A stretch of DNA of 64,000 nt from Marinicella sp. (GCA_965230295.1 OZ246001.1:928001-992000); one strand, 5' to 3'. Positions 49,554 through 59,412 are shown, counted from the stretch's first letter. Translations and numbers: made by a program. The notes: generated from the sequence alone by a model not told the origin.

Positions 49554-50714
49554 ATGCAAAATAAAAACCACCCCATTTTACTGTGCTGCCTATTGTTTTT
49601 GACCCATTGGGTTTCAGCACAAACCAACACCACACCTCAACCACCTCAAGTCAATGCCAGCAGCTATATCCTGATGGATTACCACAGTGGGCGTGTTTTG
49701 GCTTCCAACAATCCAGATTTACAAGTAGAACCAGCGAGCATCACCAAAATGATGACTGCTTATGTGGTGTTCTCAGAAATCAAATCTGGCAATTTATCAT
49801 TGGATGAAATGATCACTGTCAGTGAAAAAGCATGGCGCACTGGCGGCTCAAAAATGTTCATAGAAGTGGATAAACAGGTCAAAGTGGAAGATTTGATTCG
49901 AGGCATGATCATTCAGTCAGGTAATGATGCCTGTGTGGCCTTGGCAGAACACATCGCCGGCAGTGAAGAAGTGTTTGCCAGCATGATGAACCAGCATGCC
50001 AAGCAGTTAGGCATGCAGAATTCGGCTTTTTACAACGCCACCGGATTACCTGCAGAAGGTCATTTGGTCACGGCCAGCGATGTGGCTTTGTTGGGCCGTG
50101 CATTGATCGCAGATTTCCCTGATCTTTATCATTTCTACGCTGAAAAAGAATTCACTTTCAATAAAATCAAACAACACAATCGCAACACTTTGTTGTACCG
50201 CGACCCCACTGTAGACGGCTTCAAAACTGGCCACACTGAAGCTGCCGGTTATTGTCTGGCCACCTCAGCAGTTCGCAATGGCATGCGTTTGATCAATGTC
50301 ATCATGGGCACCGAGTCAGAAAAAGCCCGGGCAGATGAAACACAAAAACTGATCAATTACGGTTTCAGGTTTTATGAAACACATAAACTCTATCGGGCTG
50401 GCGAACAGCGCGTCTCGCAGGAAATATGGAAGGGAGAGGAAGAAGAAATTCCATTGGGTCTGGCCAATGATTTGTTCATCACCATTCCCAAAGGCAGCTA
50501 TGAACAATTAGAAGCCAATGCCGACATTCCAGGTTTACTGACCGCACCCATCCAGCAAGGTACTCAGCTGGGTACATTGAATGTCACACTCAACGGTGAA
50601 CCGGTAGCAATCAAACCCTTGGTGGCTCTTCAAACTGCCGAGCAAGCTGGCTGGTGGTCTCGCAGTATGGATGGCATCGGTTTGTGGTTCAAATCATTTG
50701 GAGACGATGACTGA
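49554..50714 (+). CDS. dacA: D-alanyl-D-alanine carboxypeptidase (PBP5/6)
   Basis: ASITK, SGN, KTG motifs. Confidence 0.93.
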   Translation: MQNKNHPILLCCLLFLTHWVSAQTNTTPQPPQVNASSYILMDYHSGRVLASNNPDLQVEPASITKMMTAYVVFSEIKSGNLSLDEMITVSEKAWRTGGSKMFIEVDKQVKVEDLIRGMIIQSGNDACVALAEHIAGSEEVFASMMNQHAKQLGMQNSAFYNATGLPAEGHLVTASDVALLGRALIADFPDLYHFYAEKEFTFNKIKQHNRNTLLYRDPTVDGFKTGHTEAAGYCLATSAVRNGMRLINVIMGTESEKARADETQKLINYGFRFYETHKLYRAGEQRVSQEIWKGEEEEIPLGLANDLFITIPKGSYEQLEANADIPGLLTAPIQQGTQLGTLNVTLNGEPVAIKPLVALQTAEQAGWWSRSMDGIGLWFKSFGDDD

Positions 50715-50992
50715 TGCAAAATCTGGACGAACTTGAAGGCAAAGGTTTTGAGTTTCCTTGTGAATACCCAGTCAAGGCAATGGGACCCAACACCGATGAA
50801 TTTGTTGAAACCATCATGGCTACAGTGCGAGAACATGCCCCTGAAGTTTCCAGCAATTCAGTTCACACCAAAACCAGTTCGACAGGCAAGTATAAATCGG
50901 TCACTGTGTTGGTTTATGCCCAGTCAAAAGACCATTTGATTGGTATCTATGAAGACTTAAGAAAAAATAAGGATGTGTTGTGGACCCTGTGA
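50714..50992 (+). CDS. ybeD: YbeD / DUF493 protein
   Basis: [23 protein letters not shown]. Lies between dacA and lipB. Confidence 0.9.
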   Translation: MQNLDELEGKGFEFPCEYPVKAMGPNTDEFVETIMATVREHAPEVSSNSVHTKTSSTGKYKSVTVLVYAQSKDHLIGIYEDLRKNKDVLWTL

Positions 50993-51627
50993 ACCACCCC
51001 ATTCGCATCAAGCACCTGGGTCACCAGGCTTATGAACCGGTTTGGCGTGCCATGCAAAAATTCACTGACGAACGTGACGCCAACACCACCGATGAATTGT
51101 GGCTGGTCGAACACCCACCTGTATTTACCCAAGGGTTGGCTGGTAAAGCTGAACATGTATTGGCCGCTGGTGACATACCCGTTATTCAAGTGGACCGAGG
51201 CGGACAAGTCACCTACCACGGTCCTGGACAGATTGTTGCCTACCCGCTGATCAACCTGCGACGCCATGGCATTGGGGTGAAGTCATTGGTTCATGGTATC
51301 GAACAAGCCATCATTGATACGGTGGCACAATATGGCGTGTCAGCTGCTCGTAAAGACAACGCCCCGGGTGTCTATGTAGACGGTGCGAAAATTGCCTCCT
51401 TGGGTTTGAGGATTCGCAAAGCGTGTTCTTTCCATGGATTGGCATTTAACATCAAAATGGACTTAGAACCTTTCCAAAGAATCAATCCTTGTGGCTTTTC
51501 AGGCTTGGAAGTCATACAATTGGCGGACTTGGCACCTGGTGTTGAAATCAACACGGTAGAACAACAGTTGATTACGGCCTTTTGCCAGCATTTAAATTTC
51601 ACTGCATCCACCGAGCATGCAGCGTAA
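50980..51627 (+). CDS. lipB: Octanoyltransferase
   Basis: [35 protein letters not shown]. Confidence 0.97.
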   Translation: MDPVNHPIRIKHLGHQAYEPVWRAMQKFTDERDANTTDELWLVEHPPVFTQGLAGKAEHVLAAGDIPVIQVDRGGQVTYHGPGQIVAYPLINLRRHGIGVKSLVHGIEQAIIDTVAQYGVSAARKDNAPGVYVDGAKIASLGLRIRKACSFHGLAFNIKMDLEPFQRINPCGFSGLEVIQLADLAPGVEINTVEQQLITAFCQHLNFTASTEHAA

Positions 51628-51642
51628 GACGCACAGAACAAC

Positions 51643-52650
51643 ATGAATAACAAGATACCCCTGAACATCCAATCATCAAAAACAGCTGGCCCAAAGTCCA
51701 ACGGACCTAAAGTGGCCGGTGCCAAAGAATTGGGCGCCAAGAAAACCGATCGCAGCCGAGCAGGCTTTGACACGGATGCACCCCGTTTACGCAAACCTGA
51801 TTGGATAAGAGTGCGCATTCCAACTGGCAATGCGGTGCAAAAACTAAAAAGCAAATTACGCACCAATTCTTTGGTCACTGTATGTGAAGAAGCCTCATGC
51901 CCAAATATACACGAATGCTTTGGCAAAGGGACCGCCACTTTCATGATCTTGGGCGAAGTGTGTACCCGCCGATGCTCATTCTGCGATGTGGCCCATGGCC
52001 GCCCTTTACCTCCAGACACCAAAGAGGCTGAAAACCTGGCCCAAACCATCGCTGATATGGGCCTCAGTTATGTGGTCATCACTTCTGTTGATCGCGATGA
52101 TTTGAAAGATGGCGGCGCACAGCATTTTGTCGATTGCATTGCCGCGGTTCGTGATAAAAACCCTGACATCCAGATTGAAATCCTGACTCCTGACTTCCGT
52201 GGCAAAGGCCGCATGGACAAAGCCCTGGAAATTTTGGCCCAAAGCCCGCCTGATGTGTTCAACCACAACTTAGAGACGGCATATGCCTTATACAAAACCG
52301 TCAGACCAGGTGCTGATTACCAATGGTCGCTGGATTTATTGAAAAAATTCAAAGCGCAGCACCCTGAGATCCCCACCAAATCAGGTATCATGGTAGGCTT
52401 GGGTGAAACTTATGAACAGGTTCAGGAAACTTTACAACATTTGGCTGATCATGATGTAGAAATGATCACCATTGGACAATACCTGCAACCCACCCAAGGT
52501 CATCACCCTGTGTTGAATTACTGGACCCCGGATGAATTCAAAGCCATCGAAGAATATGGTTATTCCTTGGGCTTCAAACACATTGCCGCAGGACCACTGG
52601 TGCGTTCTTCATATCACGCCGATGTTCAAGCCCACCAAGCCGGAGTCTAA
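51643..52650 (+). CDS. lipA: Lipoyl synthase
   Basis: [30 protein letters not shown]. Confidence 0.98.
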   Translation: MNNKIPLNIQSSKTAGPKSNGPKVAGAKELGAKKTDRSRAGFDTDAPRLRKPDWIRVRIPTGNAVQKLKSKLRTNSLVTVCEEASCPNIHECFGKGTATFMILGEVCTRRCSFCDVAHGRPLPPDTKEAENLAQTIADMGLSYVVITSVDRDDLKDGGAQHFVDCIAAVRDKNPDIQIEILTPDFRGKGRMDKALEILAQSPPDVFNHNLETAYALYKTVRPGADYQWSLDLLKKFKAQHPEIPTKSGIMVGLGETYEQVQETLQHLADHDVEMITIGQYLQPTQGHHPVLNYWTPDEFKAIEEYGYSLGFKHIAAGPLVRSSYHADVQAHQAGV

Positions 52651-52737
52651 TGTGGATTCCAAAGATAAATTGGACTGAACAATGGTAATTTGTACTGTAC
52701 ATCGCTATTTTGTACTGTACAGCGCTATCTTGGACTG
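52651..52737 (+). repeat. Transposon end with four contiguous 20-bp TnsB-type binding sites
   Basis: TG(G/T)ACTG at 52671, 52691, 52711 and 52731. Units TCCAAAGATAAATTGGACTG / AACAATGGTAATTTGTACTG / TACATCGCTATTTTGTACTG / TACAGCGCTATCTTGGACTG. Confidence 0.85.
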
Positions 52738-52749
52738 ATGAGCGCAGAA

Positions 52750-53034
52750 CTACTCAAACTCTCCTACTTTCCCGATTATGGGCGCATATGGAGGGTTGAG
52801 TGGGTATACGACATTCAGTACATCCGGCGTATAAATCCTTTTCCTATTCTGGTCATCGTTCCATTCAATTTGAACAGGTTGAACCTCAAATTTGCTAACA
52901 TTTGACTTAAATTCAAAATATATCAGCACATCCCTTTCAAGTGTAGATTCAAATCCAGCATCACCAATCGATTTAACACTTGGCAGCAACCCTGTTAAGT
53001 TTCTGTAATTTTTTGGTATTTTCCGAACAGACAC
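52750..53034 (-). pseudogene. tnsA: Truncated TnsA endonuclease (N-terminal ~73 aa)
   Basis: MSVRKIPKNYRNLTG...FESTLERD...FEVQPVQI...YTPDVL is the TnsA N-terminal signature. It breaks off before the ExK motif into unrelated sequence. Confidence 0.88.
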
Positions 53035-53343
53035 AAATGCATAACAAATTAATTCCTAACAATATTATACGTTACATATAAATTACAACTTAGTATATAT
53101 TTTTATTGATACAATCCAAAATATCACTGTACAAAAACATGATGTATAAAATATTTTTCTTTATTTGCAAACAGTTAAACCTTTATATTAATATATTTTT
53201 TCAACAACTCTTCTTTTCGAGTCAAGTTGCAAATCGAATTCTGTTGCTGTATGGCGACTTTTCATTACTACATTTATGAGCATTTAAATTGATCAAATTC
53301 CATCATTTAAGTGCGCTTTTAACAAAGGACTTAAGGTGAAATA

Positions 53344-54795
53344 ATGAGTAAACGATTCCTAATTTTAACTTTACTAGTTTCTGCGAACTTCTCTTCTGTT
53401 TATGCAGATGATTTATTCGATTCTATAATCCCCAATAGCGGGACAATATCCCCAAGACCAACGGTTAATTCCTTCAATGATGTCGAAGTAAATTTTGATG
53501 CACTCGCTGAAGCACCCGAAACTTTAGACATCACATTACCAAATTCAGCATTGATTACTGTCACAATGAGTGACTTTCGATACCGTCGTGGTTATCAGTT
53601 TCCTGATGATGAAGATGATCCACCAGGCACACCCATTACTATAATTCCCGGATTCCCAATCGATGACATGAGTTACAAATGGAGTGGTGGTAACGACCAG
53701 TGGGATGTTTTACTTACTGTAACCAGGGGTGTTTTATACGGCATCATCACCAGTAACGATAAACGTTATGGAATTTCCAAAGTCAATGGCACAGACTATG
53801 CATTGGCTGATTACAATCTACAGGCATTCAGACCGCTTGATGGTGCTGCTGGCACACCTATTCCTACTCCAACTAATCGAAGCAGTATTCTTGAAGGGCC
53901 TACAATCGACAATACATCAATCAGTCATTTAAAGTCTTATGATAATTCAGGAAAGTCATTAACTGATGATCTAACCAGAGGTAGTTCCACAAATTTAGAT
54001 GTCCTCATCATTTGGACAGAAGACGCAAGAATTGAAGCAGGGGGAAACCCAGGAGATTTAAATGATACTGCCGATATCGATGCATTAATGGTAACTGCTA
54101 TTGACCATGCAAATGAAGCTTTTACAAACAGTGAAGCAAACACAAGAGCAACAAAGTTTCATACAGCAAAATTAAATGGATTTGTCTACCACGGCTCTAC
54201 TGTGAACCCTGTACCAGATGATGCATTTGCAATAGATTTAGAAAACCTTACAGCTATAACTTCTGTTCAAACTTTAAGAACTCAAGTAGGCGCAGATGTG
54301 GTCACTGCTATCATGGCTCCTAGTGCAACTGTATTTACGCCATGTGGAGTCTCATGGGTTTAGACTTTTCCAACATGCAGTGATTTAAGACCCGATTCAA
54401 ATTGTGATACTGGTGTAGATTTTGAAGATTTCACTTACAACATCACAGTTCAAGAATGCGTTTTGTTTACCGATGCTTATACACATGAATTTGGACATTT
54501 AATGGGTGCAAATCATATTTTCACAGAACTTACGTCAACATGGAGAAATGCTGTAGTAAGTAATGGATACCCAGAAGCATTTGGGTATTCAAACTCTACT
54601 TTCAGGTCAATTATGTCAGTTACCAACGTTACTTCAAGGCGTTTGAATTTCTCAAACCCTCTAGTAACTGTAAATGGCGTAGTAACTGGTGTATCGGGTA
54701 GTGCAGATAATACGTCTACAATTGACTCATTGACTCCTACAATGGCAAACTACAGAACACGACCTGATTTAATTTTCGAAAGTGGATTTGAGTGA
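53344..54795 (+). pseudogene. Secreted reprolysin-like (M12) zinc metallopeptidase interrupted by one in-frame TAG
   Basis: ORFs 53344-54363 and 54463-54795 share a frame and the gap between them is open (CGVSWV*TFPTC). The downstream part has HEFGHLMGANH, RSIMS and DLIFESGFE. Confidence 0.85.
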
Positions 54796-55415
54796 ACGCA
54801 TTGATTAACAATTTCTTAAAGAAATATTTTGTTCTATTAACATTACTATTGATAAGCTCAGTAAATGCAGAAGTTGCTGATCTGAGCTTATCAATGGAGT
54901 TTGATGGGGAAGATTCTGGAATTGTTTACCAACAAAATGGTACTTTCAGAATAGTTGTTACCAATAATGGTCCAGAAGCAGCCGGAACCAATTCAACTTT
55001 ATCAACACCAATAACAGTCTTTAGCGGGTTCGTTGAACTTGCAGCTGATGGCACAGAAATGAACTATGGATTGGACCCCAATGTCACCCAAGAATGTGGA
55101 TTTGGTTTAATAGCAGTAGACCCAAGGCCTGGCGATCCGCCAGGATTTGTTTTTGTATTCAGAAGTCCAGTCATTCAACCTAATTCATCAATTACATGTC
55201 ATGGGATTTACTCAATCAACTTTCCACTAGGAACAAGAACATATCAGTGGAATGTAAATGGCCACATTGATGATACAGACCCTAATTCATCAAACAACAT
55301 ATTTCCAGTAACTTTTGGAGTTGCCCCTGTTCCTGTCCCTACATCTAATCACTTTGGGTTGTTGATATTATTTTTCACATTCTTGGTTTTTGGTATAACT
55401 AAGCTCAAGAGTTAA
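54792..55415 (+). CDS. DUF11-like exported protein with IPTL-CTERM-like anchor
   Basis: Signal peptide, ADLSL, VTNNGP, DTDPNSSNN. C-terminal VPVPTSNHFGLLILFFTFLVFGITKLKS. Confidence 0.75.
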   Translation: MNALINNFLKKYFVLLTLLLISSVNAEVADLSLSMEFDGEDSGIVYQQNGTFRIVVTNNGPEAAGTNSTLSTPITVFSGFVELAADGTEMNYGLDPNVTQECGFGLIAVDPRPGDPPGFVFVFRSPVIQPNSSITCHGIYSINFPLGTRTYQWNVNGHIDDTDPNSSNNIFPVTFGVAPVPVPTSNHFGLLILFFTFLVFGITKLKS

Positions 55416-55418
55416 TAA

Positions 55419-56078
55419 TTGAATTCGATATTTATGGAAGAATATGAAAGAAAGAATCAGATTGAAATAGAAGAGTTCATCAACGGGTATTCGCTATCTG
55501 ATCTATTTAGGTATTGGAAAGGAACCCTGGATGACTTTGGCATCAACTCACAAAACATGTTTACCGACATCAATTTATCGGACCCTTCATTGGTGGGCAG
55601 GTCACCTGCCTATTCATGGTGGTTTAAAAATGAGCTTTCTATTCAAATCAAAAAATTTAGGGACCACATCAAAACTTGGCCATCAACTAGGGGCCCTATA
55701 TATCCAGAGGAATTCAGAAAAGGTGAGTTAGAAACTTTGGGTTATTTATGGATTCTGAGGAATAACAATTTTAAAGTCTTTGCTTTATTATTGTGCTGTT
55801 CATTGTTCCCCAAAGTAAAATCATCTAGAACACATTACCCTAGAGAAGAATGGCCACCATTTTATTGCGTCGATGCACTTTATCAAATGGCTGAAAAAGA
55901 ATGGCGAAATGGACAAGGCCTATTTTCATGGCATTATTCTTGCACAAATGTGATTCCTACTGAATTGTCAGATCGTCATTTTAAAATCGATTCAGTCGTT
56001 GGAATTGTCAAGTTTGCAGCCATTGAGCATGCACAACTTTTATCAAAATATCAGCCTGTTCGTCTTATCTTTGATTAG
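55419..56078 (+). CDS. Hypothetical protein (transposon cargo)
   Basis: 219-aa ORF closely packed between co-oriented genes. Trp-rich, no recognised domain. Confidence 0.65.
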   Translation: MNSIFMEEYERKNQIEIEEFINGYSLSDLFRYWKGTLDDFGINSQNMFTDINLSDPSLVGRSPAYSWWFKNELSIQIKKFRDHIKTWPSTRGPIYPEEFRKGELETLGYLWILRNNNFKVFALLLCCSLFPKVKSSRTHYPREEWPPFYCVDALYQMAEKEWRNGQGLFSWHYSCTNVIPTELSDRHFKIDSVVGIVKFAAIEHAQLLSKYQPVRLIFD

Positions 56079-56108
56079 ACATGAAGGAATTATCATGAGT
56101 AGCATTGA

Positions 56109-56813
56109 ATGACACAAATTCCGGCAGTTTTTCAAGCTAAAGGTTTTTTGATGCTATTATGTGATGCCAGTTTTCAATTACGACAGGCAGTAAAAGAGAA
56201 AGATTCTTATTCAAACAACAGATACGCCAGAGCTTCAATTATCGCATCAGTGCTTTCAATTGAATCCTGTGCTAACTCACTATTAACTAGCTTAGAACTT
56301 CCAAAAAAATTTCTACAGGAATTAGATAAATTACCAGCAATTGGGAAACTTGAAACTTATTTAAGGATTGAAAACAAAAAAAACATTGATAGAGGAAAAA
56401 GTGAAACACAAAAAGTTATAGAGTTAATAAAACTGAGAAATGACTTTGTTCATCCAAAAATCAAAAAAATTGAAAGCACTATTTCTCCACTCACCGAAGA
56501 TGGAGAATTTTTATCACTACCTTTTTCAATGATGCCAGATAAATGGCCTGCATTAAACATTCCAAAACACAGCATGTTTTGGTCTTCAGATACAGCCAAA
56601 ATTGCTGTTCAAGCTTTATTAGAGTTTTATGAGTATCTATTTACTGAGCTGTTAGAAATGAATAATAAAGAAATTGAAATACATTTTTTTGATTCTCTAC
56701 AAATTGGAGATACGGATATTCTGTTTTGCTTTGATGAAGTCAGGGATGAGTTAAACAGTTTGAAAAACTATGGATTTTCAATAGGTTTTATTGAGAACAG
56801 CTTGCCCAACTAA
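56109..56813 (+). CDS. HEPN-like protein (RxxxxH motif)
   Basis: Helical-looking sequence with SIESCAN upstream and LIKLRNDFVHPK. Stops just before the transposon end. Confidence 0.6.
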   Translation: MTQIPAVFQAKGFLMLLCDASFQLRQAVKEKDSYSNNRYARASIIASVLSIESCANSLLTSLELPKKFLQELDKLPAIGKLETYLRIENKKNIDRGKSETQKVIELIKLRNDFVHPKIKKIESTISPLTEDGEFLSLPFSMMPDKWPALNIPKHSMFWSSDTAKIAVQALLEFYEYLFTELLEMNNKEIEIHFFDSLQIGDTDILFCFDEVRDELNSLKNYGFSIGFIENSLPN

Positions 56814-56817
56814 TCCT

Positions 56818-56875
56818 TAGTACAAATTACCACTGTACAAACAGCATCCAGTACAAAATAACTTTGGAATTAACA
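56818..56875 (-). repeat. Transposon end with two TnsB-type sites separated by 11 bp
   Basis: Reverse complement: TGTTAAT-TCCAAAGTTATTTTGTACTG-GATGCTGTTTG-TACAGTGGTAATTTGTACTA. Confidence 0.85.
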
Positions 56876-56880
56876 TCTAA

Positions 56881-56938
56881 TGTCAATTCCAAAGTTAAGT
56901 TGAAGCGGTTGCTGTTTTTGCACAGTTAAATTGTACTG
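56881..56938 (+). mobile_element. End of a second, related Tn7-like element; partner end not found in the window
   Basis: TGTCAAT-TCCAAAGTTAAGTTGAAGCG-GTTGCTGTTTT-TGCACAGTTAAATTGTACTG begins immediately after the TCTAA duplication and has the same two-site/11-bp architecture. Confidence 0.75.
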
Positions 56939-57094
56939 ACAATGTTTTGAGGTATTTAATAGAAATTGAATATCTGTGTTATTTGGCCTTCTGCATCTAT
57001 TCTACAGCTTCTTCTTTTGATTGAATGAATGGAATGATTTAAAGCCAAGAAGCCACAATTTTATTGCTGATCATTTTGAACTCACCAAGGAAAG

Positions 57095-57405
57095 CTGCTG
57101 AGCAGCTTGACCCGCCGAGCCGGTTAGGCAAATCATGCAATCATGGCGGTTTGACGAAGTCAATAAGCCTTGATGTAATGATTGATTAGCCGTGAGCTTT
57201 TGATGCTGCGGCCGCTATCGCTCCTTGCTATCGCGGCAGACCTACATCCATGTAGGCCAATCAGAGGCGCAGAGCGCGAGGAAGCATGTCATGTTCGCCT
57301 CGGCAGCTACCGCATCGATCCCCAGGACGGGGTGAATGCAGAGAATTGTTGGGAACAATTCCTGCCTGCTATCGCTGCATACTTACATCCATGTAAGCAG
57401 TCGCT
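57095..57405. repeat. GC-richer palindrome cluster, MITE/REP-like
   Basis: Imperfect direct repeats TGCTATCGC.GCA.AC.TACATCCATGTA.G at 57226-57256 and 57367-57397, each with the hairpin TACATCCATGTA. Also the hairpin GAATTGTT-ggg-AACAATTC. Confidence 0.55.
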
Positions 57406-57597
57406 TTCACTTTTGTCTGGAACAGACATGCAGTGCGAAGCAACTGCTCAGACAATAGTCTGTAAAGGTCGGTTTATTTGCGCAGCAAATATGAAGACCT
57501 GTCAGACCATGAACCAGAATGAAGCCCCAAGAACATTCCTTTGTAAACGAATCAAAAAAGTATTGTGTTGGCTTTTTTGATTCGTTAGAACCAACTA

Positions 57598-58278
57598 TCA
57601 ATTCGACTTGGTTCTTAATTTGTATAGCAAAGCCAAAGCAAATCCTGAAAGTATCAGTAAAATGGCAAACACTGGCATTAAAAATGACAGTGGCAACCCG
57701 ACAACTATCAACCCCAGCCCGATTGCTAATAAATTAAAAGCTTGTTTGTTTGGTACCAAAACCCCTATTTTCTTTGATATCAGTTCATCAATACTGAGTT
57801 TTCCGGCTCCGGAAAATACCAATGGAAATAACATTAAAATATACAATAAAGGCAGTTTAAAGTTTCCATATCCTTTATCTGAAATTGCATACCCTTGCCA
57901 GAGGTTTGATAGTGATGACCAGTCAGTTGGCCAATGAACAGCAGCAGTGGCAACTGCTGTAATTACAAGTAAGGACATTGCTGCAAGGCGTGTAAAGATG
58001 CCAACCAGAATCAATATTGAAAAAATGATTTCACCCCAGGTTGCCATAAACCATGACACATCTGTCGGAATTATGTTGAATGGAAATGGAAAACTGTCTT
58101 TGATTGAGCCAAACCAATTACTGCCATTTAATTTAGTCATTCCTGATTCCCAAAACTCCCAAAATAATATCAATCTTAAAAACAGTGCCGGTAACCATTG
58201 AGCCCCAGCATTCAATTGTGCAACTGTACTTAGCGTATTCGATAAAACTTTATTTTTTACAGACATTATGCCCTCCAT
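57598..58278 (-). CDS. DoxX-family membrane protein
   Basis: LRLILFWEFWESG, ATWGEI, TRLAA, AVHW, GNFKLPL, GAGKLSID. Confidence 0.88.
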   Translation of the reverse strand: MEGIMSVKNKVLSNTLSTVAQLNAGAQWLPALFLRLILFWEFWESGMTKLNGSNWFGSIKDSFPFPFNIIPTDVSWFMATWGEIIFSILILVGIFTRLAAMSLLVITAVATAAVHWPTDWSSLSNLWQGYAISDKGYGNFKLPLLYILMLFPLVFSGAGKLSIDELISKKIGVLVPNKQAFNLLAIGLGLIVVGLPLSFLMPVFAILLILSGFALALLYKLRTKSN

Positions 58279-58343
58279 TTTTTTTTGATTGGTAAAAGCA
58301 ACAAAATGAAGGACATCTTCACTTTGTTGCTCATTGGATTGAT

Positions 58344-58799
58344 TTATAAACTTGATGCGGGTTTGTTTTTAATTTTCTTCCAGTGCTTATCAGCTTTTTT
58401 GATGTTTCCCGGGATGTCTTTAACCCATGTTGATTTGATACCGTTATCTAAATTAAAGTATAGTTTTCCATCAACCACTTCCCATACATTAGGATCACCA
58501 ATGAATTTCTTTCCAACTGATGCGCCAAATGCACAGAAACCACCATATTGAGGCAAATACTTTTCGGGATTTTTATTAAAGGTATCTAAGTTATCTTGAT
58601 TGGCGAAGATATAGTTAACTTGATCTATACTGGCCACAAAATTACCATTTCCAGGTATGGGCTTCTTGTCGGTTTGGTATGAAACCAAATCATAGCCTCC
58701 AGCCCCAACTGTACTGTTGCTAACAAAATCTGCGGATGCATTTAAAGTAAACATAATTAATAAAGTGCCAATTAGTTGTAGTGTTTTAATGTTTTTCAT
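58344..58799 (-). CDS. Exported YHS-domain protein
   Basis: GYDLVSY, YIFANQDN..F..NPEKYLPQYGGFCAFG, VDGKLYFN. Confidence 0.9.
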   Translation of the reverse strand: MKNIKTLQLIGTLLIMFTLNASADFVSNSTVGAGGYDLVSYQTDKKPIPGNGNFVASIDQVNYIFANQDNLDTFNKNPEKYLPQYGGFCAFGASVGKKFIGDPNVWEVVDGKLYFNLDNGIKSTWVKDIPGNIKKADKHWKKIKNKPASSL

Positions 58800-58845
58800 G
58801 TTTTTTCTCTGGTTGTATTTAAGTTAATAAAATTAAAAAGTGATA

Positions 58846-59385
58846 TTAGGCGGCTATGGTATTAACGACAGGAAAATCAATTTCTGTCCCGGCCAAATGA
58901 TTGAAGTAGTTGGTGAAGATATTCAAGCCAACGTGAGCAATGATTTCTACCAATTCTGCATCGGTAACTCCGATTTGACGCAACGACTCCGTTGCTGAAG
59001 GATTCAAAACACCTTTATTAACAACTATTTCTTTGACATATTGAAGAATGGCAGCTGTTTTTTGATTTTGAGATTGACCTGTTAGGTTTAACTGGATTTC
59101 TTGTTCATCAAGGCCAGTTTTTTTGGCAATAAAAGAGTGCGCGGATGCACAGTAATCACAATTATTTACCCCACCCACCGTTAATGCTATTTGTTCTCTT
59201 AATGATGGACTCAAGTGGCCTGATGACAATGATCCGCTGAACGCAAGATACCCCTCTAAAGCCTGTACTGAATTGGCCATTGTGGAAAAAATGTTTGGGA
59301 CCACGCCCATTTGTGCTTTTATCGAGTCGAGCACATCTTTCGCTTGGCCTGATTGATCTTTATTGACTGGTTGAATGTTTTGCAT
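58846..59385 (-). CDS. Carboxymuconolactone decarboxylase / AhpD-like peroxidase-related enzyme
   Basis: GVVPN, REQIAL, NNCDYCASAH, TNYFNHLAGTEIDFP. Confidence 0.9.
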   Translation of the reverse strand: MQNIQPVNKDQSGQAKDVLDSIKAQMGVVPNIFSTMANSVQALEGYLAFSGSLSSGHLSPSLREQIALTVGGVNNCDYCASAHSFIAKKTGLDEQEIQLNLTGQSQNQKTAAILQYVKEIVVNKGVLNPSATESLRQIGVTDAELVEIIAHVGLNIFTNYFNHLAGTEIDFPVVNTIAA

Positions 59386-59412
59386 GTTGTTTCTCCTGGT
59401 TAATAACTAAAA

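Larger units (their letters stand above)
52651..56875. mobile_element. Non-autonomous Tn7-like transposon, 4225 bp, with 5-bp TCTAA target-site duplication
   Basis: Left end TGTGGATTCCAAAGATAAATTGGACTG. Right end (reverse complement) TGTTAATTCCAAAGTTATTTTGTACTG. TCTAA at 52646-52650 and 56876-56880. Contains a tnsA fragment and AT-rich cargo. Confidence 0.9.

Noticed and set aside
52658-52737. 20-bp periodic repeats as a mini CRISPR array or iterons
   Set aside because: There are no spacers and no cas or rep gene. The same motif occurs inverted at the other end with TGT/ACA and a duplication, as expected of transposase-binding sites.
54361-54363. Programmed amber read-through (pyrrolysine or recoding)
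   Set aside because: No pyl genes are visible, and TAG serves as a normal stop elsewhere (e.g. 27943, 56078). A point mutation or sequencing error is simpler.
57182-57580. 132-aa ORF
   Set aside because: It runs through the palindromic repeat cluster, starts at TTG and has no protein-like motifs.
57598-58278. DoxX as part of a DUF692/MNIO RiPP cluster
   Set aside because: No DUF692, DUF2063 or precursor peptide gene is adjacent.
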